The notes under the pieces: model-generated
What the model was told of the DNA's origin: nothing
Databases searched by the model: none
What the model saw: the letters and a program-made list of their open reading frames with translations, nothing else
Position numbers and translations under genes: made by a program
Virus record (IMG/VR): IMGVR_UViG_3300045971_000431
Location: 1-64,000 of that record
From: a virus
DNA: 64,000 bases
Reading direction: 5' to 3' (one strand)
Shown here: positions 10,296-19,342 of the stretch, one piece after another
Layout of the letters: each line of letters starts with the position of its first letter
How positions within the stretch are numbered: the first letter of the stretch is position 1

Positions 10296-10658
10296 TCAGT
10301 CGTACAGCTTCTTGATCTTCCAGTCGTACGTGACTGTCGGCGTGATCTTCAGGCCGACAGTGCCGACAACTTCTACGTCGCTGGGCTTGACCATCTTGCC
10401 CTTGCCGCCCATCGAACCGCCATGGAGGTAGTACGAGGTGACCTTCGGATCAGTGGTCACGCCTGCGCGGCCATAGTCGGAGGCAGTCTTCGGGGTGCCG
10501 GACATCTCGATCGTGTCGAACTCGTCCACGACGTACGGACAGCCGTCACGCGGGTAGTCTTCCTTGCGTTCAGAACGAACGACGATCACACGACGACCGC
10601 TATTGATAGAGACAATGTCTCCGACTTTGAGTACACGTTGGTTTGTCATGGTTACCAC
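10296..10658 (-). CDS. Hypothetical protein
   Basis: Operon-fitting ORF. Confidence 0.6.
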   Translation of the reverse strand: MVTMTNQRVLKVGDIVSINSGRRVIVVRSERKEDYPRDGCPYVVDEFDTIEMSGTPKTASDYGRAGVTTDPKVTSYYLHGGSMGGKGKMVKPSDVEVVGTVGLKITPTVTYDWKIKKLYD

Positions 10659-10984
10659 CTGATGAGGATGACGTGGTTGATGTGTGCGGGGCCTTCGCCG
10701 GCGTCGTCAGCGAGTCCGCGGGGAACGTAGGCGTCGCCGTGTTGGACAACCGAAGCGCCGAAGCCGAAGCGGTTCAGAGCGGCGCAGAGGCGGGCTTGGA
10801 TTGGCGTCTCGGTCACCCGCAAGTATGTCTCGGCATTGCTCCAGAGACCTTCTTCGTAAACGGCGAACTCGCGTTTCCCGGCTTCGGCAGCCGCCGCGAT
10901 CTTGGGTTCCAGCTTCTCGAGGAACTTCTCGATCGCTGAGTCGCTGGTAGCTGCCAGTTCCCTGGCTTGTGCAGCAGTGATCAT
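10652..10984 (-). CDS. Hypothetical protein
   Basis: Operon-fitting ORF. Confidence 0.6.
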   Translation of the reverse strand: MITAAQARELAATSDSAIEKFLEKLEPKIAAAAEAGKREFAVYEEGLWSNAETYLRVTETPIQARLCAALNRFGFGASVVQHGDAYVPRGLADDAGEGPAHINHVILIRW

Positions 10985-10986
10985 GC

Positions 10987-11439
10987 TCAGACCTCTTGCG
11001 CTTCGCGCTTGGCTTGGAGGGAGATGGCACGCTCGATGTCGGCATCGTAGTCGCCGTGGCCGGCCTTGCGATCAGCGGCCTTCCACTGGATCAGGCGTTC
11101 GATGTACTCGATGGCCAGGTACTTGTCGTCGAATTCCCAGACCTTCTCGCCGAGCCAGTCGCGAGCTTCGGAAGTGATCTTGAACTTGCCTTCTTCCGTG
11201 ATCGTGATGGGGTACATCAGCTTGACTTGGTCCCACCAGTCGGAGCCTTCGTGCTTGGCTTCGAACTTCATGCCCTTGATCTTGAGCTCCGACGTGAGCA
11301 GCTCGGTGGCGCGCTTCGTCAGGTTCTGTTGGGTGGTGGTCAGACGGATGCGAGCAGCTTCGTCGACGGCCAGTTCGATGAGGCGCACGTAGGTGGCTGC
11401 CGTTGCGAAGAGGCTCTTGGAGGTTTCACGCTTGGACAT
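10987..11439 (-). CDS. Hypothetical early protein
   Basis: Start MSKRET downstream of early promoter. Confidence 0.6.
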   Translation of the reverse strand: MSKRETSKSLFATAATYVRLIELAVDEAARIRLTTTQQNLTKRATELLTSELKIKGMKFEAKHEGSDWWDQVKLMYPITITEEGKFKITSEARDWLGEKVWEFDDKYLAIEYIERLIQWKAADRKAGHGDYDADIERAISLQAKREAQEV

Positions 11440-11470
11440 TTTGCATTCCGGTGGTTGAGTCGATAGAATG

Positions 11471-11515
11471 ATTATACACCCCACCACCAAGATGTACACA
11501 TCTCAAGTGTAACAG
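11471..11515 (-). promoter_or_regulatory. Early-type promoter element
   Basis: CTGTTAC...GTGTAC-N17-TATAAT. Confidence 0.8.
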
Positions 11516-11516
11516 T

Positions 11517-11738
11517 TCAGCGAAGCAAGACCAGCCCCACCACTGAAAGAACGAGGCAGGCGACACCGCCAAAGATCGCACGAACGTAGGCGTACTGGAG
11601 GGGTGTCAGATCCTTCCACAGCGTCCACATTCCGACCCTGCCTTGATGAACCTCCCACGCGTAGCCGAGGAAGCCGACCCAGCCGGTGAAAGCACCGATG
11701 GCGAGGGTGATGCGTAAGAGGGTGTCGAGGTCAAACAT
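11517..11738 (-). CDS. Small membrane protein
   Basis: Two hydrophobic segments. Confidence 0.6.
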   Translation of the reverse strand: MFDLDTLLRITLAIGAFTGWVGFLGYAWEVHQGRVGMWTLWKDLTPLQYAYVRAIFGGVACLVLSVVGLVLLR

Positions 11739-12060
11739 GATCTTGGAACACCAGGTCAGACTCGACGCTGTCGAGTTCGATTGTCAGCTCGTAGTCGGCA
11801 CGACTCCTGATCTTGATGATCTGCGCCAGCTTGCCATTGTGCGCGTCCACTAGCCACCGCGCCATGTGGATGTCGGGTTCAGCGAGGCAGAAGAACCGCT
11901 TGTACCACGGCAGCGCCTCGAACTCGGCTTTCAATCGCCGCGCTTCCACCAGGTCGGCCCGAGCCTTCTCGACGCGCGCCTCGATCTTGGGGATGGCAAC
12001 GGCGATCAGCGCTCGCAGAGCGCGATGACTGTCGACGTGTGCGTTGGAGATGATGCGCAT
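11731..12060 (-). CDS. Hypothetical protein
   Basis: Operon-fitting ORF, start MRIISN. Confidence 0.55.
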   Translation of the reverse strand: MRIISNAHVDSHRALRALIAVAIPKIEARVEKARADLVEARRLKAEFEALPWYKRFFCLAEPDIHMARWLVDAHNGKLAQIIKIRSRADYELTIELDSVESDLVFQDHV

Positions 12061-12062
12061 GA

Positions 12063-12536
12063 TCAGCCTTTCAGCTTCTTCTGTTCGTCCATGTACTTCC
12101 ACGAGTTGACGAGGACGTCACCCAGGCGGTTCATGAAGACCTTGTCGAAGGACCACATCACGTGGTTGTCGACGTCCCACCAGAAGTCGGTCTCGAGGTG
12201 GTACTTCGTGCGGCCTTCTTCGAAGTGGCTGAGCTCCTTCATGTTGTGCGTGTCAGCACGCATCTTCAGGAGGTACGTGAAGTACTCCTCGAAGGTGGCC
12301 TCGTCGAAGGTGTGCAGGACCCGCACCGACTTCTCGTTCTCGGTGATGCGCGGATCCACCGTGATCTTGATGGCGTCGACTTGGGCTTGCAGAGCGCGGA
12401 GCGACTTCGGCAAGGCGCCCCACTCGAACTCGGCGGAACCCATGTAGTCGAGGTTCACTGCATCGCTGAAGCGGCCATCGACGAGGGGGCGGCGGATCTT
12501 GCCGCGTTGGACGAGGTAGGGGCGTTGGTCGAGCAT
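12063..12536 (-). CDS. Hypothetical phage protein (DYMGSAEFEWG motif)
   Basis: Start MLDQRP; operon-fitting. Confidence 0.65.
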   Translation of the reverse strand: MLDQRPYLVQRGKIRRPLVDGRFSDAVNLDYMGSAEFEWGALPKSLRALQAQVDAIKITVDPRITENEKSVRVLHTFDEATFEEYFTYLLKMRADTHNMKELSHFEEGRTKYHLETDFWWDVDNHVMWSFDKVFMNRLGDVLVNSWKYMDEQKKLKG

Positions 12537-12538
12537 GA

Positions 12539-12919
12539 TCAGACTTCCGTGGTGGCGAGCAGCGTCTTGACGAGGACCGGGTCTTGCTTCCAGAACTTCA
12601 AGTCGGGCGACTGGACGATGGCGTAGCGACCCTTCATGCCGACGAACTTCATCGGGCCCTTGGCGCTCTTGTAGGTCTGGCCGATCTGCTTCGTGTCCAG
12701 GCCGAACTGCCAACCGTAGCGAGCGCAGTCCTTGAAGTAGACGGGGTTGACGTCGCCGGTCGAAGACTTGTCGCCGAACTCGACGGTGAACTTGAACGTG
12801 GCTTCCGTGTACACGATGCGGCTGTTGCCCTTGGACAGCTTGTGCTTTTCGGCGAAGGTGGCCAGCAGCGTGTCCAGTTCCTTGTGCATTGCAGCAACGG
12901 CGATCTTGTTCAGGGACAT
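12539..12919 (-). CDS. Hypothetical early protein
   Basis: GGAG RBS, follows early promoter. Confidence 0.65.
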   Translation of the reverse strand: MSLNKIAVAAMHKELDTLLATFAEKHKLSKGNSRIVYTEATFKFTVEFGDKSSTGDVNPVYFKDCARYGWQFGLDTKQIGQTYKSAKGPMKFVGMKGRYAIVQSPDLKFWKQDPVLVKTLLATTEV

Positions 12920-12952
12920 TTGGATTGCTCCAGTTGTTTAGTCGATAGAGCT

Positions 12953-12997
12953 ATTATACATCAACCTGCGAAGATGTACACCATCGAGATGTAACAG
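12953..12997 (-). promoter_or_regulatory. Early-type promoter element
   Basis: CTGTTAC...GTGTAC-N17-TATAAT. Confidence 0.8.
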
Positions 12998-12998
12998 T

Positions 12999-13400
12999 TC
13001 AGCCCCATGCTTCGTTGCGCATCACGCCAGCCAGGAACCTCTTGCAGAACTCGATCGCTGCTGCAGCATCGCCCTCGGCACCTAGACGGGCGAGCTCTTC
13101 GGCTTGAGAGTACTCAGCACATCGCGCCTCGTACGCATCGCGCCACGGGTTCGGTGCTTCGATGATCGTGTATTCCCACGGTGCCGGCGACAACATGCTC
13201 AGCCGATAGGCGATCCCGTAGTCGGTCGTTTCCCAGACATTGCCCGCCCGCAGGTCTCGCGAGATGGCAAGTGCCTCAGAAGTTGTAAAGCCAGGTGCAA
13301 CCATGCGCACAAACTTGGCTATCTGCGGAACACCAACCAGCTGGTCAGTGAGAACAACACGAACGGTACCCATGGAAAGTCCTTGAGAGTATGTCCGCAT
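12999..13400 (-). CDS. Hypothetical protein
   Basis: Follows TATAAT at ~13399-13404; true start probably MGTVRV. Confidence 0.6.
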   Translation of the reverse strand: MRTYSQGLSMGTVRVVLTDQLVGVPQIAKFVRMVAPGFTTSEALAISRDLRAGNVWETTDYGIAYRLSMLSPAPWEYTIIEAPNPWRDAYEARCAEYSQAEELARLGAEGDAAAAIEFCKRFLAGVMRNEAWG

Positions 13401-13459
13401 TATACACCGGGTCGGGGCTACGTGTCAAGAGAAGTGTAACAAGTGCCTCCCGTAACCCG

Positions 13460-13465
13460 TAAATA
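13460..13465 (+). promoter_or_regulatory. Late promoter core TAAATA
   Basis: 30 nt upstream of the + strand gene at 13496. Confidence 0.6.
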
Positions 13466-13495
13466 TCCCATTGAAAACAAGAGGACCGTGCAACC

Positions 13496-13972
13496 ATGGC
13501 CAAGCGTAGGATTCCAGAACTGATCATCGAGCGGGCAGAAGACGCCGGCAATATGCACCTTCTAGCCGTGCTAGAATATCGACGAGAGAACTACCTCTGC
13601 GTCATCGACAACATCACCGAAGAAGAAGTCGGCGCCTACGTTCTGGACTACGCTCAGCAAGAAGGCATGAGCATGCAGAGCCTGATGTCGGTCATCATCT
13701 ACTGGTTCTACCGTGGATCGCAGAACTATCCGCTCTCATTCGAGTTCTCACGACTTGGTATCGCAGCTCGCACGACCAGGATCTACAAGACCTTCGAGTT
13801 AGCACACGTCACTCGCTTGATTGGCAAGGACTTCACCTACGACTTGAATACGCCGCCGAAGGTGAAACGCCGGCGGGTCAACAAGATCCCAGCCGGCGTC
13901 GAAATCAAACTGAAGCGGACGTCAGTCCCAGTTGCCGGGCAACTCGTACAAGCTACCGAGTTGGCTGAGTAG
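13496..13972 (+). CDS. Conserved large-phage hypothetical protein
   Basis: GAGG RBS, late promoter; one of only two clear + strand genes. Confidence 0.75.
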   Translation: MAKRRIPELIIERAEDAGNMHLLAVLEYRRENYLCVIDNITEEEVGAYVLDYAQQEGMSMQSLMSVIIYWFYRGSQNYPLSFEFSRLGIAARTTRIYKTFELAHVTRLIGKDFTYDLNTPPKVKRRRVNKIPAGVEIKLKRTSVPVAGQLVQATELAE

Positions 13973-14941
13973 CCAACGATCGAACTTCGCGCTCAGTGTC
14001 TGCGAGCCCGCCTGCAGATTGAGCGGGTTGCGCTCGACCATCGTGGCCACGTGCTCTTCGAGTTGGAGCAGCATCAGCTTCGTCGTCTCGAGCGGTGTCT
14101 CCAGCGTCTTGATGGCCAAGAGTTCCCGCACATTCGGACGCGGGAACATCAGACCGCCAGTCACAAGCAGCTCGATCGCCTGCTGGTAGACACGCACTGC
14201 GTGCATCAGTGACTTCGGATCCACTTCCTTCTCGGCAGCGTCCTTCGACCGTTCGCCGTAGCCGTCGACCAACTTCTCGACAGCGTTCAGCAGGTGCTCA
14301 ACCGTCGTCGTCTCGAGGTATTCGCGACCGTTCAACTTGAGGGTCTCCATCTCCCTGTTGTTGTTCACTGTCGTGCCCAACTCCAGTTCGAGGATGTTCG
14401 CGATCGTGTGGATCACCTTCTCGTTGTTCAGCACGGTGTCGAGCCGCAGCTTCTTGCCATTCAGGCCGTAGTGCTTCTCGTTGCCATGGAGGACGGTCAG
14501 CACGGCAGCAAGATGCCGCGCCTTCTCGAGACGTGCACCACGATGGACGTAGTCGAAAGTCTGCTTCATCGCGAAGCCGGCCATCGAGCCAACGTTGTTG
14601 GTCAGGAAGCCGCCGATCAAACCGTGCAGCCAGACGGGAACTGCAGGACGACCAGCAACAGCGAAGGCGATTTCGAGCGCGTAGGTCTGTCCGCCCATGA
14701 AGTCGCGGCAGAATGTCTGGAATGGGATGAACTCGGTCTCGGTGCCGCCATCGGGCATCTTCGCATCGTCAGCAACCTTGTTGCCCTCAGCGTCCACGCG
14801 CACCTTGTAGATGTGCAACTTCTTGCCGAGCAGCACGTCATCGAAGTCGGGCAGGTACACCACCTTGATGTCGGTGTCCGACTTGGGCGTGCTGGTCCCG
14901 TAGAGGTGCGACCCGTAGACCTGGCGGATGAGTTCTCTCAT
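13922..14941 (-). CDS. Pol-beta superfamily nucleotidyltransferase (RlaP/NrdC.11-like)
   Basis: YGSHLYGTSTPKSDTD (GS...DxD) and C-terminal KSLMHAVRV; start MRELIR. Confidence 0.85.
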   Translation of the reverse strand: MRELIRQVYGSHLYGTSTPKSDTDIKVVYLPDFDDVLLGKKLHIYKVRVDAEGNKVADDAKMPDGGTETEFIPFQTFCRDFMGGQTYALEIAFAVAGRPAVPVWLHGLIGGFLTNNVGSMAGFAMKQTFDYVHRGARLEKARHLAAVLTVLHGNEKHYGLNGKKLRLDTVLNNEKVIHTIANILELELGTTVNNNREMETLKLNGREYLETTTVEHLLNAVEKLVDGYGERSKDAAEKEVDPKSLMHAVRVYQQAIELLVTGGLMFPRPNVRELLAIKTLETPLETTKLMLLQLEEHVATMVERNPLNLQAGSQTLSAKFDRWLLSQLGSLYELPGNWD

Positions 14942-15243
14942 GATGTCATGGCCTTGATGAACGACTCGAGCTTGTCGAATTCGGTGTAGTGGAACGTGGC
15001 GAGCTCGTCGCCTGTGGCGTTGGTGACCGTCGCAAACTCTGGGCTGCGACCGTTGTGGTGGACATACGCCTTGATACGCGTGATGCCCTTGCCAATGTAG
15101 ATGACGCGGCGTCCGACTTGAAGGTGGACACCAGCGTCTTGAAGTTCCTTGAGCAGCCGTACAGCGTTGTCGGCGAACAGTTCGGAACTCCAACCGTGGT
15201 TGGCTTCGTACTGCTCGATCGATTGGCTGAGGTTGCGGCTCAT
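14938..15243 (-). CDS. Hypothetical protein
   Basis: ATGA-coupled ORF. Confidence 0.6.
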   Translation of the reverse strand: MSRNLSQSIEQYEANHGWSSELFADNAVRLLKELQDAGVHLQVGRRVIYIGKGITRIKAYVHHNGRSPEFATVTNATGDELATFHYTEFDKLESFIKAMTS

Positions 15244-15407
15244 TGGATTGTCTTGTGAGGTGCGAAGGTGAAGACCCCGGGGCGTTCGAGAACCTTCTTG
15301 GCAACTGCGGCGAAGACCAACTTCTCGAGCTTCTTGATCTCCTTGTCGGTCAGATCCTCGTCCTTGAGTTCACCGTTGTACCACTGTTGAAGTCGTTGCT
15401 TGTTCAT
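15240..15407 (-). CDS. Small hypothetical early protein (55 aa, leaderless)
   Basis: Manual translation MNKQRLQQWYNGEL...; ATG 6 nt after TATAAT. Confidence 0.6.
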   Translation of the reverse strand: MNKQRLQQWYNGELKDEDLTDKEIKKLEKLVFAAVAKKVLERPGVFTFAPHKTIQ

Positions 15408-15446
15408 GGTACCATTATACCACAGCAGCAGAACCCGTGCAACCTG

Positions 15447-15809
15447 TTACAGCTTCTTCAGCTGCTTAGCGAGTGCCTCTTTGCGACGCCCATCAAGTTC
15501 GTCGTGGGTGACGCACTTGTAGAAGGTCACGACGTCCTTCTTGTCGCTGTAGATCAGCAAACAGTTTCTGTCGAGGTGACACTCGTTGTAGTCAGCGAGC
15601 GGCCCTGGCGACAGCGAATGGTCGCTCAGCCCGTGGGACGTAGAACTTGGTGGCCGCTGCACCTTGGCATTCTTGAAGTCAGCAAATCTGCCGACGGCCT
15701 TGGGCGTCTTCAATCTGCTCCAGCTTTCCTCGAAGATGGAGCTGAACGCGAACGTTGCTTTGCGCTCTGGTGCGGGTGGCTTTGCCTCGAACAGTTCCTG
15801 CAGGATCAT
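15447..15809 (-). CDS. RelE/YafQ-family mRNA interferase-like protein
   Basis: DHSL..G.LADYNECHL..NCLLIY...THDEL; start MILQELFEA. Confidence 0.8.
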   Translation of the reverse strand: MILQELFEAKPPAPERKATFAFSSIFEESWSRLKTPKAVGRFADFKNAKVQRPPSSTSHGLSDHSLSPGPLADYNECHLDRNCLLIYSDKKDVVTFYKCVTHDELDGRRKEALAKQLKKL

Positions 15810-15970
15810 TGCTTGGCCAGCCAAGCATCGAATTCGTCGGAGGTCAGCGTCTTGACGGTCTTTGCTGCGTCCAGTTCTTCGCGCAGAAGCTGCTGAGCAG
15901 CGACCGGGAGATCGGCGGCAGATTGTTCCTGCTTGGTCGAGGGCGCGAATTCTTGGAGGGTCTTGGTCAT
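15806..15970 (-). CDS. Putative antitoxin (54 aa)
   Basis: Manual translation MTKTLQEFAP...KTLTSDEFDAWLAKQ; ATGA overlap with toxin; TAAATA at 15992-15997. Confidence 0.55.
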   Translation of the reverse strand: MTKTLQEFAPSTKQEQSAADLPVAAQQLLREELDAAKTVKTLTSDEFDAWLAKQ

Positions 15971-16009
15971 GATGTGCTTTCTGCTGCCAAGTATTTATCC
16001 GATGTAGCT

Positions 16010-16054
16010 ATTATACCACACCCCGCTAACCTGTGCACATCAAGAGTGTAACAG
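16010..16054 (-). promoter_or_regulatory. Early-type promoter element
   Basis: CTGTTAC...GTGCAC-N~17-TATAAT. Confidence 0.7.
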
Positions 16055-16055
16055 T

Positions 16056-16529
16056 TTAGAGCGACCTGATCAGGGTGTCAAGGACCAGCTTCATGTTGCC
16101 GTCGATGGTGCCGATGGTGAAGTTGCGTGGAGTCGGGTCGTACATGCCGCGCTTCTGCATCTCGACGATCAGCAGTTCGACGACGTCCTTCGCTTCCTTC
16201 AGACCGAAGCCGCAGACTTCGCGGATCTTCTTGATGGAGGCGATCAGCGGTGTGCCTTGACCGGGAATGTTGGTAGACATCAGCATCCGCTTGATCTCGC
16301 CGCAGTCGAGGCCGAAAGCGATCTGCTTGTTGGCCATGATGGAGAACATGGCGGGGTCAATCTTCAGGAGCTTGTGCGCCAGCGCCAGAGCGTCGCCATC
16401 GATGAGCTCGAGGAAGTGTGCCGGCTGCTGCGTCGCCAGATCGATGATCATGCGGTTGTAGTCAAGCTCATGGTCGAGCGAGAGGGCAACGGCTTCCATG
16501 ATGAGAGCCTTGATGTCTTGTGCGTCCAT
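16056..16529 (-). CDS. Protein with ribosomal L7/L12 C-terminal-like domain
   Basis: IASIKKIREVCGFGLKEAKDVVE. Confidence 0.75.
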   Translation of the reverse strand: MDAQDIKALIMEAVALSLDHELDYNRMIIDLATQQPAHFLELIDGDALALAHKLLKIDPAMFSIMANKQIAFGLDCGEIKRMLMSTNIPGQGTPLIASIKKIREVCGFGLKEAKDVVELLIVEMQKRGMYDPTPRNFTIGTIDGNMKLVLDTLIRSL

Positions 16530-16534
16530 GATGC

Positions 16535-16578
16535 ATTATACATCAAGCAGGGTTCTGTACACATCAAGAGTGTAACAG
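16535..16578 (-). promoter_or_regulatory. Early-type promoter element
   Basis: CTGTTAC...GTGTAC-N16-TATAAT. Confidence 0.8.
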
Positions 16579-17112
16579 TCAGAAGTCGAATGGAAGCTTC
16601 TTGCCTTCGAGCCAGTCCTTCTTGACCTTGCGCCCGCCGCGCCCACGACTAAGGTTGTCGAAGTTCATGCCGTACTTCTCTGACAGGTCGATCATCATGA
16701 CCCGCTCAGCGAGCAGCTTGCCATTCGGCTTGTAGCCCCACACTGGGATCATCATCACGAGCACGTGGCCACCGCCATGGTCGAGGACCAGCTGGTGCAT
16801 CTTGGCTGCCGTGGGAACCTTGCCGCCGCCGGTGTTGACGCCTGACGAGAGGGTGTCGAGGCGGTCCATGAAGAGGTTGCCTGCTTCGACTTCACCGCCC
16901 TTCCAGAGGGCGTGACCACCTTCGTTCTTGAACTGGTCGATCTGCTTCAGCAGGGTCTTGGGTGAACGTGCCTTGGTCTCAGCAAGTTCGATGAGCGCTT
17001 CGCGTTTGGCATGGTACGCGAAGAGGCAGATGTAGGTGCCGTCTTGGTCGTCTGGGGCCCGAACGTTTTCATCAGCCTGCAAAATTGGCAAAGTTGTCTT
17101 GTCAGCAATCAC
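16579..17112 (-). CDS. Hypothetical protein
   Basis: AGGAG RBS, GTG start. Confidence 0.65.
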   Translation of the reverse strand: MIADKTTLPILQADENVRAPDDQDGTYICLFAYHAKREALIELAETKARSPKTLLKQIDQFKNEGGHALWKGGEVEAGNLFMDRLDTLSSGVNTGGGKVPTAAKMHQLVLDHGGGHVLVMMIPVWGYKPNGKLLAERVMMIDLSEKYGMNFDNLSRGRGGRKVKKDWLEGKKLPFDF

Positions 17113-17185
17113 GGGTGGCTCCTTGGTTAGGAGCCGATGTGCTATCTTATTCCGGCGTGTTAGCTGTTACAGAACTTTGTGCAGG

Positions 17186-17812
17186 TTAGACGGGGTACTT
17201 GGCCTGAATGGCGTCAAGCTTCTTGTCGTAGGCCTTGCCCCATGACTTCACTTCGGCAACGAAGGCACGCCAGGCACGCTTCGCGATTTCAACTAGACCT
17301 TCGGAGATTGTCTTTGACTTCACCTTGAGAGCCATAGGAGTGTCCTTGGCTTGCACCATCTCGGTGTACTTGGCAAGAATTTCCTTGGCCTTGTCTGTGA
17401 GTTCAGGGATCAGTTGGGCGAGCTCAGTGTAGGCAGCTTCGTAGTTGATGACTTCCTTCTTCGGCTTGTCTGCACCCTTCTCGGAGGCGGTGAGCATGAC
17501 CGTGTAGGACGCAGTCTCAACAATGCGGGTGACGAGAGAATCTTCGGCATCGAAGAAGGAGTCGCCGAGCATCTTCATATTGGCATTCAAGGCATCGCGA
17601 CGATCCTTCAGCAGCTTGGCTGAGATGTCCAGACGATCGTAGCGCTTGGCCAGACGGGTGACAGCACCAGAATCATTACCTTCGAGGTGAAGGATGACCT
17701 TCTCGATGGCGCCGATCGCATCGGTTGGAGCACCCTTTGGAAGCTTGGCGCGCTTCTCGGCGTAGGTCCAGCCCTTTTGGCGTTCTTCGGCAAACAGTTC
17801 GCGGGTCAACAT
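17186..17812 (-). CDS. Putative internal virion protein
   Basis: MLTRELFAEE N-terminus; TAAATA at 17838-17843. Confidence 0.65.
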   Translation of the reverse strand: MLTRELFAEERQKGWTYAEKRAKLPKGAPTDAIGAIEKVILHLEGNDSGAVTRLAKRYDRLDISAKLLKDRRDALNANMKMLGDSFFDAEDSLVTRIVETASYTVMLTASEKGADKPKKEVINYEAAYTELAQLIPELTDKAKEILAKYTEMVQAKDTPMALKVKSKTISEGLVEIAKRAWRAFVAEVKSWGKAYDKKLDAIQAKYPV

Positions 17813-17852
17813 GAGATAGGCTCCGTAGATGGTAGCCTATTTACAGCCAGAC

Positions 17853-18200
17853 CTACAACAAAGCTGCCAGTTCCAACAGTTCCCGAGTGAAGGCATCTGC
17901 TTCAGCCTGGGATGTATCGAAGAGGATCTCGTGGGCTTTCGGGAAGCGTTCGAGAAGGTAGGCTTCAGTTCGAGTCTCCCACTCGGAGGTGGTTGGCTCG
18001 CCCATCGTCCAGACATTGACGACATTGCCTGTGGCACGAATGTGATGCACCAAGCCGCGCTTCAACCAGAAGGGGAGTGTGTCAACACCAACGATAACAG
18101 CCACACCTTCTTTGGCGGCAAGAGCCATCCCGTCGAATGGATCAAAGGCTACCCAACGCTGGCCTGGAGGGAGAGCGAGTGCTTCGTCGATTGCTGTCAT
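17853..18200 (-). CDS. Hypothetical protein
   Basis: Operon-fitting ORF. Confidence 0.55.
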   Translation of the reverse strand: MTAIDEALALPPGQRWVAFDPFDGMALAAKEGVAVIVGVDTLPFWLKRGLVHHIRATGNVVNVWTMGEPTTSEWETRTEAYLLERFPKAHEILFDTSQAEADAFTRELLELAALL

Positions 18201-18571
18201 AGACCAGTTTTGTGTTGTATCCAGGCTTTAGCAACTGCTTTCAGCGCATGCACAGGATAGATGCGTTGCCCGAAATCCCAATCCCCATCACCGCTCTCTG
18301 TGCGCAGCTCGCGTTTTCCTAGGTGCCGCCAGTAACTAGCCATCCACTGGTCAAACCCGTTTGAGAACGGAGAAAAATGCTTTGGGTGTGTGAGCGATAG
18401 ATACTCGCTAACGCTCTGCAACGTTTGATCTTCCTCGTCATCATTACGCTCGATTGACAAGTTGCGCTTGTTCTCATTGAGTATTCGTGTGGTTTGCTGC
18501 TTCTGTTTTGTGCTTACCATGTTGCGTTCAACCCTCTTGTATTGTTGCGGGAACCAAGTAGATGTACACAC
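18197..18571 (-). CDS. Hypothetical protein
   Basis: ORF; start probably MVSTKQ. Confidence 0.5.
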   Translation of the reverse strand: MCTSTWFPQQYKRVERNMVSTKQKQQTTRILNENKRNLSIERNDDEEDQTLQSVSEYLSLTHPKHFSPFSNGFDQWMASYWRHLGKRELRTESGDGDWDFGQRIYPVHALKAVAKAWIQHKTGL

Positions 18572-18585
18572 CCAACCTGTAACCG

Positions 18586-19050
18586 TTACACCAGCACGAT
18601 CCCTGCCTGTCGATAGGCTTCAGCGGGATCTTCCCGATCCTTGGAGAAGCCCAGCTCGTTGAGCTTGTCATTCTCAGCATCTGTGACCCACACAATGCTG
18701 GCTGACATCATGATGGCAGCTGCATCATCTGGGTGGTTGATGATGGCCCACATCATCCTCTTCACCGGCACCTGATGCTCGAAGGTGACAGTCCCAGGTG
18801 GGAATGCCTTCAACATCCGACGACGATCTGTTGCCAACTTCTCCACATTCAGACCAAGCTTGTCAGCCAGTGCCTGCACGGCCTTTGACCAGCGCGGCTT
18901 GAACGGCATGTGGTTCGTACCGTAGCGAATGATCATGTGGATCTGCTCGCGGCATGCAAGTTCACATGCCTTGTCGCCCTTCAGCTCGTGATACGCCTCG
19001 ACAGCGTGTTTGAGGATTCGGGCGGTGGATTCGATGAATGGTTGGGTCAT
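18586..19050 (-). CDS. Hypothetical protein, possible His-Me finger nuclease-like
   Basis: TFEHQVPV...WVTDAENDKL pattern. Confidence 0.5.
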   Translation of the reverse strand: MTQPFIESTARILKHAVEAYHELKGDKACELACREQIHMIIRYGTNHMPFKPRWSKAVQALADKLGLNVEKLATDRRRMLKAFPPGTVTFEHQVPVKRMMWAIINHPDDAAAIMMSASIVWVTDAENDKLNELGFSKDREDPAEAYRQAGIVLV

Positions 19051-19057
19051 GGGCTAT

Positions 19058-19342
19058 TTACACCTCTATGAAGACCGGGTCCTTGAAACTGGCAAGGATC
19101 TTCTCAGTCCGTTCTCTGACCAACCGGCGCTGCTTGTACGGTGGTGCAGTCAGATGAGCCCGCTTCTCCGTACGAAACATCGGCGGGTGTCTGCGGCGCT
19201 GTACGTACTTGGGCGCCGGCGTGTAACGGCGCTTCTTCTTTTCCCAAATCCGAAACTGTAGGATCTCGCGGGTTGTCCAACCGCAGTTCAAGCACCGACA
19301 TTGGGTAAGCGAGACTCGCGGGTAGTGGTTGTAAGGTGTCAT
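19058..19342 (-). CDS. Basic hypothetical protein
   Basis: CxxC, K/R-rich ORF. Confidence 0.5.
   Translation of the reverse strand: MTPYNHYPRVSLTQCRCLNCGWTTREILQFRIWEKKKRRYTPAPKYVQRRRHPPMFRTEKRAHLTAPPYKQRRLVRERTEKILASFKDPVFIEV

Noticed and set aside
14942-15304. N-terminal extensions on several ORF-track calls (e.g. 460-aa nucleotidyltransferase, 281-aa ORF 46756-47601)
   Set aside because: They overlap better-supported upstream genes; internal ATGs with coupling or RBS fit better
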